64,000 nucleotides of DNA, taken from Nitrospirales bacterium. Its GTDB lineage: Bacteria > Nitrospirota > Nitrospiria > Nitrospirales > UBA8639. Shown here piece after piece: positions 24,030 to 36,465 of the stretch; the first letter of the stretch is position 1, and each line of letters opens with the position of its first letter. The notes below the pieces were generated by a model that saw nothing but the letters and a program-made list of their open reading frames with translations, ran no database searches and was not told the origin of the DNA. The DNA lies in NCBI GenBank assembly GCA_965203295.1, contig CBDBCZ010000018.1, positions 192,001 to 256,000 of the forward strand, written 5' to 3'. The translations under genes and the position numbers were made by a program.

Positions 24030-25093
24030 TTAACCCTGTCTTGCAACAATTACAATTTTTACTTAAACCAAAACAGTTTTGCTGTATTTTTATCATTCAC
24101 TAATCTAAATTTTTAAAAAAATATTGATTAATAAATTTTAATTAACCGATGTGTATTACTTCCTTGTTTCCAGTTAGTAATATTTTCCTCCAAAATGTAA
24201 TGAATATTCATATAGTTTTCACCTTCAAGCACTTCCTTGACAAGGTTACATTAATCATGGAGTACGGTAGTACTCCATATGTAAGGATGGCACGGAAAAA
24301 AGTGGCGGCCCCATATAACGCGTACAAAATCATACGTTCCGAACTCACTTCTGATTATAGTCATAGGCTTTTATGAACCACAACATGACATCTCGAGTGT
24401 TTTCATCAGCAGCAAGACTGCAAGCGTTGCAAGAAACCTTCGCAGGAGTACCACACCGGCTGGTCCACACACTGGGGGGGTGGGGCGTAATAGTACATCT
24501 TCTTCTGGTTTCTTCTTTCTTCAACCAGGGTACCACACCGGCTGGTCCACACACTGGGGGGGTGGGGCGTAATAGTACATCTTCTTCTGGTTTCTTCTTT
24601 CTTCAACCAGGCTAGCACAATAATGGCTGAAGCTATCTCAATGATTCAAGCGCGAACAAGCTATCATTATCCTTGGTGATAATTTGCAGTTCAACATCAT
24701 GGAGTACGGTACTACTCCATATGTAGGATGGCCCTGACCTCCCCATTAAAATGACAGGTTTAGTACTCTGCTGTAGGTGTAGTCTAGGACTAATATGAAG
24801 CCTATATGTACCACTTATTTTGGAGCGTTGACGTCACTAACCAGGCTGTTAGCACTGCTAAAGAACATCTTTGAAGTACCAAAGCGGCAAGTGGTTAAAA
24901 CCGCCGAATGATCTACCTTCATCTTAGTCAGATAATCCTTAATTCAGTCAAACTAGCACGATAATGAGTGAAGCGATAAAAAGATTCCAATACAAACGGG
25001 CATGATTGACAGGAAAAAAGTGAAATTTCGTGCACTTGTTGATGTACAGTAAAAGTAAGGACATATCGCATTGACATTTACAACACTTATCGT

Positions 25094-26003
25094 GCAGCGG
25101 ACAGGTGACCCGGCCCAGCACATTTCCTCAGTTGCAGTTCATGTGGGCTGTCTGATAGCATGTCCTGCAGCGGACAGGTGACCTGGCCCACCACATTTCC
25201 TCAATTGCAGTTCATGTTGGCTGTCTGACAGCATGCCCTGCAGCGGACAGGTGACCCGGCCCAGCACACTTCCTCAGTTGCAGTTCATGTGGGCTGTCTG
25301 ACAGCATGTCCTGCAGCGGACAGGTGACCCGGCCCAGCACACTTCCTCAGTTGCAGTTCATGTGGGCTGTCTGACAGCATGTCCTGCAGCGGACAGGTGA
25401 CCCGGCCCAGCACATTTCCTCAGTTGCAGTTCATGTGGGCTGTCTGACAGCATGTCCTACAGCGGACAGGTGACCTGGCCCACCACATTTCCACAGTTGC
25501 AGTTCATGTGGGCTGTCTGACAGCATGTCCTGCAGTGGACAGGCAATCCAGCCCAGCACATTTTCTCTGTTGCCGTCCATGTGGGCTGTCTGACAGCATG
25601 TCCTGCAGTAGACAGGTGACCTGGCCCAGGACATTCTGATCAGTTCTTGGCCATGTGGGCTGTGTGGAAGAATATCCTCAAGCAAGCAGGTGACCCGATC
25701 GAGGACAGTTAACTTCCTCAATTACTAAGAATGCAGTTCATGTGGGCTGTCTGACAGCATGTCCTGCAGCGGACAGGTGACCCAGCCCAGCACATTTCCT
25801 CAGTTGCAGTTTATGTGGGCTGTCTGACAGCATGTCCTGCAGCGGACAGGTGACCCGGCCCAGCACATTTCCTCAGTTGTAGTTCATGTGGGCTGTCTGA
25901 CAGCATGTCCTGCAGCGGACAGGTGACCCGGCCCACCACATTTCCTCAGTTGCAGTTCATGTGGGCTGTCTGACAGCATGTCCTGCAGCGGACAGGTGAC
26001 CCG
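25094..26003. repeat. 73-bp minisatellite, about 12.5 copies
   Basis: Unit gcagcggacaggtgacccggcccagcacatttcctcagttgcagttcatgtgggctgtctgacagcatgtcct. Confidence 0.95.
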
Positions 26004-26329
26004 AACTGTCCAAGTGTATTACTTTACCTGGAACTGTACTACTTTACCTGGAACTGTCCGAGTGTATTACTTGACCCTGAACTGGCAAATGTAGCTACTA
26101 CTTCAACTGGAACTGTCAAGTGCACTACTTTCTCATTGAATTGGTAAAAGGCAGAGCTCATCCAGTTTACATTGGAATTGCCCTCCAGACTCAACCTAAA
26201 TACCTGTCCAACACCCAATAGCTATACAGGGGATTCCTATACATGGACCCAAAATGAAATACGCTGATCACGACTCAGGTGTATTCTCAGCTTATGATGA
26301 TCAACAGTCGGAACTGCAGACATGCACCT

Positions 26330-26583
26330 GTACACTCACCCTGCACATCCAATTTCTGCCAAGTATCAGTGGCACTATCGTAGTACAGGCGTTTGTGCCG
26401 CCTGTACGTTTTCATGCTCAACAGAGTATCACAGTGAGAGCAAAGCATGCTGGGATCGGGTCTCGATCTGCACCACCTAGTAGCACTCTCAATCTTCGTA
26501 GAAAGAAGACCTCCTCCCATTTTCTCTGCCGAGGCATTTTCCTCACTGGAATCGTCAATCCGCTTTCGCTTTCTCAAAGACAT
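26330..26583 (-). pseudogene. N-terminal exon of a CMC/EnSpm-type transposase
   Basis: CSHCDTLLSMKTYRRHKRLYY zinc-finger-like motif followed by a GTGAGT donor. The rest is absent. Confidence 0.55.
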
Positions 26584-26751
26584 TTCTTTGCAATTTCTTC
26601 CAATAAACGCTCCCTTCGCGCATGCGTAGTCAATCACAATCGTTATTAATAAAAGCGAGAGCACGTTGTACCAGCTGAAAGTTTATAAGCGAATCCAGTG
26701 CGATCTGGCAGAAGGATGGTCGAACCAGCTGAAAACTTTGCACCTCTGAAG

Positions 26752-29349
26752 ATGTTGCTTCACCAATCCCTGGTTCACCACGAATACCCACCACGAATAC
26801 CCATACAAGGTCAAGTTCCTGGGCGCCGTCTGAACGATAGCACTGACTCTGACAGCAGCGAGCCAACGCTGGGGGATATTTTGAAACGCCGACTTGATGG
26901 GCGTTGGAAGCGCAAACGTGGAGCCACTGATGCAACCCCTAAACGCTCCAAAAGTGCTACTCACAGTGCCAACAAGGAGAACTCAGCCGGTGATGGTACA
27001 GCTGTGGAGAAAACACTGATGAAAACTAACAAACTCCTGAGTACTCTGATTAAAAGAATGGACAGACAGGAGGATCGAATTGTGCAGATTGAGCAGAAAA
27101 TGGATGACTGTGTCTCGTGCTCTTCAACACCAAGCAGGCCCAGGAAAAAGGAAGTCCCCATGGAAGTGAGGGTAAATTTGTAGGAATACTAATCATTTTG
27201 TGTTGGTTTGTATACTGCTAGCGTATACATAGAAGTAGGCATTGTGCAATCAAGAGATGGCTAGAAAGCTGCATAATGTGTAAATGCTATAATTAAGTTA
27301 CTAATCAGCAACTGCCTTTCTTCTAGCGTGAAACCCGAAGGGTGTATGGCATGCTACTTGAAGAGGAGATGGAGTTTGAGGGTTGGAAGATTACGCCTGG
27401 GTATGTTTCTTTCAGCTACTGTGACTAGTAGTAATGCCTTTAGCTAGCACCACAAAAAAATTGAGAGCTAATCGGTATTCGATTTTTCTGATCTCCTTTT
27501 GAATGGAAGTACATTGCCTTTCTTCTTCTCTAGAGTAACGTTCAGGAGTGCTGAGAATCAGGCTGTTGTTTCCCGACTGATACGTGAAGTTCATGGGCCT
27601 GGTTCAGCATATCCGAGGTGTGGTGCACTTTGTTGGGTATCTGTTGTTGGGGTGTGTGCATGTGTACCGTAGAGTACATATCAAATGCCCAAGGGCAGGG
27701 AACCTTGGAATGCAGAGTGGGCACTGAATGCGTATCTGCCCGCAAATGGCATGCAGTATCAGTACACCACCCTGAAAGGCAGTAATCTTTACCAAATCAT
27801 TTTTTCTACTATAATATCACACCATCCAGAATGAACTAGAGTGCAGTGAGCAAGATCAAGTTGTAAAATTTGATCTTTGGTGTGCTTTGAATACCGATGG
27901 CATGTCAGCTAGCTACCTCAATTTTAAAGCTACATTTTGTGTTACCTGCATGCTTCTATACCAGTGAGCTTCCATATTTGGCTAGAGAACGCTATATATT
28001 TTCCTCGTATTCTTGCTTTGCAGTGTGCATTTGCAACGCATTTGAGTGCATGGATACTGCATGTATCAATGTACCCCTTGCAGATGTGAGATGAGTGTTA
28101 TTATCAATCTTCTACAGATGCTGCTTACCGCTTTTATCGCTCTAAATGTGAGGAAGAGGCCATTAAGAGAAAGGGAAAAGAAAATGAAAAGAGGAAGAGT
28201 AAACGAAAGCATGAGCGCTTGGTGCGGGTGAGTTGTACCTTGTATGAGCCTACAGCCCCAGCAAGTAACAGTTTTTTGCCCTTACATTGTGATACCAAAC
28301 TTTATTGTGGTAACTGTTTTAGGTAGATTGTAACAGTTGGGCGATCATCCTCAACTCTTCCCTGTGGCTCCGCCTACTGTTGGTGCAGCGTTTGCATAAC
28401 GTGGTTTTGACAAACATTCCCAGTTTTCCTAAATCCATGAGTCCACAAGTACGTCTAGTTACCAGAAAATTGCAGGGCCGTCGGAAGCGGGGCGGCAGGG
28501 GCGGCTCAGGCCGCCCCACTTTTCATGCCAATTTTTTTTTCGTAGCCGTTTCAACTTTCGCGTGCCACGGTACCACGCCCCACTCGAGCGCAGCGTACGA
28601 GTGAGGCGCGGCCCGCGACACTATGAGCTGGCTGTATGCTTGATCTCGGCCTGTATGGAGATTTTTTTTGCGCAATGTTAGTGCATGACCTTCAATGTAG
28701 TGAGATGCTGCGAGAGCCGGCCGCTGCGCGGCCTCTGACGTCACCACCGATGGCCGCTCCACCCTTCGAGAGCTTCCGACGGGCCTGAATTGTTTCTCTA
28801 ATTAATACACATTCAAAGAGCTATGGAAAATGATTTAGACTCTGGAATTGGCCTAATAATAAACTTTCCTGTGCAGGAATTGATGAGACTTTTTCACAGG
28901 ACAGTTACTAGTTGCTTTGGCTCTCGTTCAGTTTATGTATGCACTTTATACTTGGCAAAAAAAATTCAGCCATAATGAAGTCAAATATGCTTTTGTTGAT
29001 TGCTATTGTATATCTTCACACAGAAACTAACAGAGCGAAAAGCAGCCCTGCCAAAGCTTCATTTCAGTAATGAGAAAGCCATGGACAAGTGGCTATCTGT
29101 TCTGAAGTTGGACTTCATGTCCAGCGAAGAAAGTGCCACAGAAGATGAGGAAGAGATCATTATTGTGCGCCCTTTGCCATGCGCTCTATCCGTTATGATA
29201 TAATTTTAAGGGGTGTAGACGACATTGTGCGTAAAGAAAAGTCGCCTCAGGCTCGTCGCCAAATGAAGAAACGTGTGCTTGGTGTGGCTTCAACTCGCCC
29301 AAAACCCAGCAGTAAGGACATTCCCACATGGGCTCTTGCTACAGTTTAG
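26752..29349 (+). pseudogene. Spliced accessory (ORF2-type) gene of the CMC element
   Basis: Exons about 26752-27171, 27327-27400, 28118-28227 and 29023-29349 with GT-AG borders. Coiled coil, basic region and LDFMSSEES...VRPLP motif. Frameshift in the last exon. Confidence 0.65.
28473..28787. mobile_element. MITE with 5-bp TSD (hAT5-like)
   Basis: 16-bp TIR CAGGGCCGTCGGAAGC / GCTTCCGACGGGCCTG. AATTG on both sides. Confidence 0.85.
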
Positions 29350-29705
29350 AACATTGTGTGTGGGCTTTTGGTCCATTTGCATGTAGAAAGTTCAGTTTAG
29401 TTTGAGTTGTACTCAGCTTTTGCTGCAGTTAGGACTTTGTAAGGCCTTTGGTCTACTTGTGAACTTGAGGTTGATCATTTCATTTTAAGTATTGTGTCGC
29501 GTTTTATACTAGCATCATTGTTTGTGAAATTTTGCACATGCTCAGCAGTTTTGCTTGCCCTAGCCTCGTATGGTGGGTGAGCTATATGAAATCCCTGGTT
29601 TGTAGTAATGAAATTGTATGTCCAGTAACTACAGAAGAAATTTTGCATGAAATTTTGGTCTGTCGTCTAGCTCTGGAAAGCTGAATGAAAGCTAAAGGAA
29701 AGGCA

Positions 29706-30110
29706 CAAGAGCCTCACATTTCATGTATTATTCTAAAGGTGTTGGAAATCTCGCATGCCCTGGAGTTCAGTAATTGTGTACAAGAGCCTCAAATTTCCTG
29801 TACTGTTCTAAAGGTGCCGGAAATCCCACATGCCCTGGAGTGCAGTAATTGTGAATAAGAACCTCACATTTCATGTACTGTTCTAAAGGTGCCGGAAATC
29901 CCACATGCCCTGGAGTTCAGTAATTGTGTACAAGAGCCTCAAATTTCCTGTACTGTTCTAAAGGTGGCGGAAATCCCACATGCCCTGGAGTGCAGTAATT
30001 GTGTCCAAGAACCTCACATTTCATGTACTGTTCTAAAGGTGCCGGAAATCCCACATGCCCTGGAGTGCAGTATTTGCACAAGGCGCCTCACATTTCATGT
30101 AGTGTTCTAT
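29706..30110. repeat. 75-bp tandem repeat, about 5.5 copies, alternating variants
   Basis: The shared (g/a)cctc motif starts at 29711, 29786, 29861, 29936 and 30011. Confidence 0.92.
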
Positions 30111-30786
30111 AAGTGAAGGAAATTCCAACTGACAGATACTAAGGACGGATGAAGGAAACCGTATGGGAAATTCTGCCCTATACTGCTGTAGGACATGTGC
30201 CTGATATTCGCACATTTCCTTGCATACGACATATGTATGCCATACACAAGGCACATCATCTGCTGTACACACATCCTTATAAGTTCCTGATACAGGAAAT
30301 GTCACTTTTTTTCCTGTGTACAGCCAACCCAAACCTTCACAGGGACGCTAGCTACTCCCATCAAAATTCACTTCGCTCCACGAATCCCACATTCACAAGC
30401 ACAAACCAAGCAGAGCAGTTCCTCACATCAACCACCATACAACATAACTCAACAAAGTTGACAACTCTCAATCTATATTTTACCAAACGCACCCACATAG
30501 ACCTCCCCTACAAAGAACCTGCACACAAACACTCACAAAACTTCATCACACTCAACAACCAAACACAACCAAAGTCCCTATACAAACATGACTCCACCCT
30601 CAATGACTCACAAGTCCAACATGTACACCATAAATACATTAAGCTACCCTCCACAACCTCCAACATACTCAATACACACACACCAAATTACACTACCACT
30701 ATTCACATCTCACATATACATGATTGTGGTGGGTGTGGTTGGAAAGATGGTTTTTGGGGAACTGTTTTTGATAGACAACTCAGAGA

Positions 30787-33040
30787 CTAATGGCATCCCC
30801 GGCGACCCTGTTGCTTTGGCTGGCTACTCGGCTGGCCACTCAGCTAAACACTCCGCTGGCCACTCGGCTGGCCACTCGCCTGGCGACTTGGCTTAACACT
30901 TGACTGGCCACTCGGCTGAACACTGTCTCTTTGAAATCCCTCATTGCATCAAAACTTGCCAGGTGCCACTTAGCATGACAGTTTCGGCTGACTGTCTGGC
31001 AGAGTGCCGGTTGAAATGGACAATCTAAGCATTTGCGCTGGGTCCAGTTTGTCTGGAACTGAAGTTGACAGAACTGGCACCGTGCCTTTTGGCTGTCATC
31101 AAAACTTTTACTGCCATGCCGCACGCGACAATCAGACCTGCACGGTTGGCTGGGCCCCGGTTCATTTCTCTTTGTACGACCGTATTCTTTTATTCTGGAG
31201 AACTAGAGAATCACGGAAGTCATTTTCGGATATAGTTCGGCAACCATTTCTGTGTGCAAAGATGTTATAAATGATAAAGGCATTGACAACTACTATATCC
31301 ACCAAATGGTAAAGAGAGTTTTCCAGTATCGAACGGTTTTTCGTAGTACGTTATGATATGCAAGAAACTGGTCAGACTTGTCCACTCCCCCCATATACTG
31401 GTTGTACCTTTCAACGACCAGTGGACGCTGAATTTTAACACGCTCGACTCCACCAGTAGAGGGATTGACAGTTGTTCTGGATGCTTTCTTTTCAGAAACA
31501 GGGCCCGGATAGGCTGTCGACATAAAAGAACAGCTTGACTGTCCTTCCAACATACATACACAAATTCGTCATTGAGGAGATAGTATCTAGTCCCTCTTGG
31601 TACAGCTTTTGGAGTCAGTGCTTCTTTCAGAGCAACCATTTCTTCCGGTATATTCTGCCGTGTCACTCGAAACGTGCCTGTAGCCCGAACACCGATCCTC
31701 AGTAGTTCTTCGAAGAGATCCGGACTGGATTAATAGTTGTCACAGAAGACGAAGTATCCTTGTGTAACAACGTGATGTGAAAGCCCACGTCCACCACGCT
31801 CATCTTTGCCAGTCACAGGTAAAGCCCATAGGGTCAGCAATGACCCATAGCTTGAAGCCCCACTTTGTAGGTTTATTTTTCATGTACTGGATCATGTGGC
31901 TGCGTGCTTTACTTTTTACCATCCATTCATCAACAGATAGCTGGCGCACAGGTTGATAGAGCTCAATACACTTCTTCATGTACTCAACTAATGGGAGTAG
32001 CTTACGCAGACGAATCTCCGTCATTTCCCCTCTTCTTCTTGCGCTGACACTACATGGAGAAAGGTGCCTATCAGCTCGAATCTCTGACACGTGAGTAAGT
32101 CATGGAAGTGAATGAGCACTTGAGCTTTCTGGAAGCTCCATGCTTTCTGCTGACTTTTGACCCCATGAATACCAAGAAGGATAAGGGACCCCAAAAATGC
32201 CATCAACTCAGCCTTTGCAACAATCCTCTTCATGAAGAGCGTGTACCGTTTGCGCTTCGACTCTTTTCGGGACTCTGCATATGCCATAGGGCACCGTATA
32301 CGGTCAATTACTATTCAGTCAAAAAAGAGCTCAAAGAGAAAAGAACTCAAAGAGTGATGAAGCGGAAATGGCTATTCCAGCTGGGACGTACGACCTGGTG
32401 CACGTAATGGACAAAATTCACCTGGAGGCTCAAATTCAATGTCTGGCACAGTAATGGGAATTGCTGATTGAGGTACTGTAGAAGTAGTCTGGCTTCTGCC
32501 TCTTGATGCTCCCCGGTCTCTGGACGCTCCCTGGCTTGTGGACGCTCCACGCCCTTTGGATGCTCTCCGGCCTCTGGACGCTCCACGGGCTCTTGGTGCT
32601 TCTCAGCCTCCTCCCCGGCTTCTGGACGCTCCACGACATCTTGGCGCTCCACGGCCTCTTGGCGCTCCCTGGCCTATGGACGCTCCCTGGCCTCTGGACG
32701 CTCCTCGGCCTCTGGACGCTCCCCGCCCTCTGGACGCTCCCCGGCCTCTGGACGCTCCACGGCTGTGATCACCCCCTCTGCCTCCATCTTCCTCACTGCC
32801 TGTCTCCTCATCACTGAGGCTTGACAAGCTCTTGCTCTCAAGGTGAATACGTTTCCCTGGAGAAGACTGCACATCAAAACAGCGTGAACGTTTGGCAGGC
32901 ACAACTCTCTGAGGCTGCAAAGGTACAGTCAATACTCCTTCAGGCTCACTTCCGGAATGGATACTCGACAACTCACTACCAGTTTCAGTTGAATCATAAA
33001 TATAAACATAAATATAAACATAAATAAAATAAAAACCACA
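30787..33040 (-). pseudogene. piggyBac transposase, degenerate, TIRs not seen
   Basis: LSVDEWMVKSKAR...KPTKWGFKLW, FCDNYY, YNQYMGGVDKSDQ, CQFC...CLDC. 18-bp repeats at 32510-32760 encode RGRGAS. Confidence 0.9.
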
Positions 33041-33049
33041 ACATAAATT

Positions 33050-35065
33050 ATGTGCACAGACGGAGGAAGCGGAAGAGGGGGAAGGAGCGGAAGAGGGGGA
33101 AGGAGCGAGAGAGGACATGGAGCTGGTCATGAGAGAGGACGTGGAGGTGGGAGAGCCACTGGATTTGTCCCAAGTTCTCTTGCCTGGTGTACGGCTTCCC
33201 GAGCACAGATGTTGCACCCGATGCTCCTGCCTTCACTGCCACAGCTGGTCCACATTTGGACCTCCCAGATCACCCTCAGCCAGTAGACTTCCTCGACGAG
33301 TTCTTGGACAAAGACATCCTCATTCTAGTTGTAGATGAAACTAATCAGAGTGAAAAATAGTGTACACATCGTACATATAGAGCAAGTGTGTGCACGTGTG
33401 TGTGTGTGTGTGTGCATGTGTGTGCGTGTGTGAGAGAGAAAGCATGGACATCCTCAGTCTAGTTGTCGATGAAACTAATCAATGAGTGAAAAATAGTGTG
33501 CATGTCGTACATATAGAGCAGTGCGTGCACGTGTGTATGTGTGCATGTGCGTGTGTGTGCGTGCATGTGTTTGCTTGTGTGAGAGAGAAAGCATGTCAGG
33601 TAGATATGTGCATACATACATACATACCAATAATATATAGCATGCCAGTACACCCCACATTGGATATGCAGGTATGCATCTGAAAGGATTGAGAAGCTCC
33701 GTGCTGATGGAAAGCTAACGAGTAAGTCCAGATTCTCCAGCTGGAGTCCACTGACTCTTCCTGAGCTTCACGGATTTCTGGTCATTGTCTTCAATATTGG
33801 GATCATCAGGCTCCCTGAGTTGGAGGACTACTGGAAGACGGCGTGGGTGGCTGAGATTCCATTCTTTTCACGGGTGATGGCTCGTGACCGATTCGAGATC
33901 ATCTTTTGGATGCTGCATGTGAGCCATTCCACTGGCGTGGTTGTCAAGAACATCGAAAAAGTCCGGCTGTTCCTCGACAAAATCGTCTCCAAGTTCCAAG
34001 CCAAGTATACACCCGGAGAAGAAGTGGCAGTAGACGAGACCATGGTGAAGTTCCGCGGAAGATTTGGAGGCAAACAATACATGCCCAAGAAGCCGACGAA
34101 ATGGGGCATAAAATGTTTCAGCTTAGCAGACAGCTCCAACGGGTACATGCTGAATGTCCTGCCATACACTGGGCGTGAAACACTCCATGACGCCATCTCG
34201 GAGTGCGAAGCACTACCTCGGCTGCTCGGGTAGTACTGCATCTGGTCGAGCCGTATCTTGATGAAGGTCGGCACGTTTTCATAGATCGGTACTACACCAG
34301 CATCCCCCTGGTGCAAGCCTTCCAATCCCACGCCACAAGCTTCACAGGAACTGTGAACAAGAACCGTGCCGACCTACCGGATGAAATCCGAGGACGATAT
34401 CGGTTAGGTAACATAGAAGTGATGGCGTTCTGTACCAGTCACCTGCTTGCCTTGACCTGGCGGGCAGAAAAGAAGCAGAAGCCAGTCATCATGCTGTCTA
34501 CCAACAGTTCAGCTGCCACCGTCTCCCTTCCACCACGCCGGGCGAGTGCTCGGGCAACAGTGAAGCCAGTGGTAGTGCATACATACAACCAGCACATGAA
34601 CGGCGTGGATATTGCTGACCAGCACTCCACCTACTACTCTTTCCTCAGCAAGAGGGTCAAGTGGTGGAGGAAGCTGTTTATTTGTCTGCTTGAGACAACA
34701 GTAGTGAACAGCTATGTACTGTTCATTTTCATCACCGCACCAAGACGCCCAGACCACCTCGCTTACCGGCGTGCAATTGTAGAAAGTCTGGCATCCCGAC
34801 ATCTTGCCAGTGCTCTCCACCTCGCCGCTGACTTGGGCGTCCTCGCAAACGCCACCACCCCAACGCCAACCCGGAGAGGCTGAACAAGCAGCTTCAAGTG
34901 CTTGGCAGACACAGCGAACTCCATGACTGTGTGGTGTGCAGCGACCAGTCTACAAAGAGACACAAAACAATGTTTTTTTTTTGTAAAACATGTAGGGACA
35001 CACAATCCCTTTGCCCTGAGCTGTACTTTGAGAAGTACCACACCCTTCCCAAGTTTAGAGTGTAG
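33050..35065 (+). pseudogene. piggyBac transposase, degenerate, with a TG-rich intron (about 33348-33671)
   Basis: VAVDETMVKFRGR...MPKKPTKWGIK, HVFIDRYYTS, YNQHMNGVDIADQ. Confidence 0.92.
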
Positions 35066-35340
35066 CTACTCTCTTATTTTTACAGACGTATTTATATCTG
35101 TTATCACAGCAAAACCTACTACACGCATATGCTATCACGCTCTGCTGACATTCGGTTGATAAATAATTTAGCTACTTCCACAATTTCACCTTTTGCAGCA
35201 TAGTGCATGCGTACCTTATTTACCCGGGTTTGATACAAATAGTAGCTATAACCACGGCACTTCAGAAGACCAACCCCGAGGCAGAGGGCTGCTAGGTAAC
35301 ACGCTACACGCTTAGATCAGTATAATCGACGCTTACACGA

Positions 35341-35677
35341 GGGGAGGGCTCCTACACCGAGGCAGCTGGGCTGAGCAGGCATATGGGGCATTCATTGGCG
35401 AATTGTAACTCCAGATGAACATATTGACACTTTCGAAAGAATAGCCACTCTGGGAAAACACAATAAAAGGGATGCTTCGCCACTCCCACCAAAGCGACTA
35501 GCATGGTCAGATAACCAAACAAGGCTCGTCAAAGACTACTTCAAAGAAGCCATTACAAGTGGTACGGCCTTTACTTTGTCTGAGGCCAGAGACTTTCTTC
35601 GATCTCACGATATACCTGGATGCACTCCCAAAGCAGTTCAAGACGAAGTAAAGATGATCAAAAGGCAAGGGCAATAG
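35341..35677 (+). pseudogene. 3' fragment of tyrosine recombinase gene 1 with a Myb/SANT-like tail
   Basis: LSRHMGHS, then KRLAWSDNQTRLVKDYF...EARDFL...KAVQDEVK. Translated by hand; not in the ORF track. Confidence 0.7.
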
Positions 35678-35839
35678 AAAAAAGTTGGATCTACAGGATT
35701 GTGTTTGCTTGCATACAGCATACTATTGTTGAGTTGCCCGCATATTACATCAAAATACTACTCTGTTGAGCGAACCTTCCACCTGAAATAAAGTACTTAG
35801 ACACAGGGACACTTATACAAAACAGTAAAATAATAATGA

Positions 35840-36367
35840 GGACAAAATGAACAAGTATAGTGCAAAATATGAGGGACACAACCTTTTTTAGGTAAGGACA
35901 CCATAAAGGCTCCTGAGGAACACAAGACTCACACAAAAGACATAAAAGGGCATTATTGCACTGGTAGCAAAAATGGTGACTGTCTCATTTGAGCAGGGAC
36001 ACCATTCAGGCTTTCGAGGGGCACAAAAATGCTGCAAACATCACAAAAGCGAAATAAAAAAGCTTGAGGGCCACGATTAGAGTTCCTTCCAATATTACTG
36101 AGGGACACACCCAAAAAACATGTGCAAAGGGACGACAAAATAAAGCAATAGGGACACCAAAAAGTATTTCAAATCCTCTGGGGACACAAAAAGGGACACG
36201 AAAGCCTTGAGGGACGCTAAAACAGTGCCAAATCCTCTGAGGACACCAAACAGGGACACAAAAAGCTCGAGGGACGCGGAAAAGGGACGCAAAAACGGCT
36301 CGAAGGACACCAAAGGGACGCAAAGTAATAACTCTAACCCTAACCACTCGCGCTTCGCGCTCGTGGT
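35840..36367 (+). repeat. Array of GGGACAC-like motifs ending in CTAACCCTAACC and a GC hairpin
   Basis: More than 12 co-oriented (G/A)GGAC(A/G)C motifs with A-rich spacers. accac...gtggt stem at 36343-36367. Confidence 0.7.
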
Positions 36368-36465
36368 CTATCAGATGAAGCCTCTCGTGTATTTCCTGTA
36401 AACCACTCAATGCCATCATCTAACTATAACTTTAGGAAGCCTGTGACTAAAACCTAATTTGGCTT

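Larger units (their letters stand above)
25009..30318. mobile_element. CMC/EnSpm-like element with mostly deleted transposase
   Basis: Imperfect TIR ACAGGAAAAAAGTGAAATTTC versus CACAGGAAAAAAAGTGACATTTC. Subterminal tandem arrays at both ends and two divergent genes. TSD not verifiable. Confidence 0.75.

Noticed and set aside
25094..26003. CRISPR-like regular array
   Set aside because: Whole 73-bp units repeat with no unique spacers, there are no cas genes, and the context is eukaryotic.
30149..30790. 213-aa ORF
   Set aside because: It crosses a TIR into A/C-rich low-complexity DNA and has no recognisable domain.
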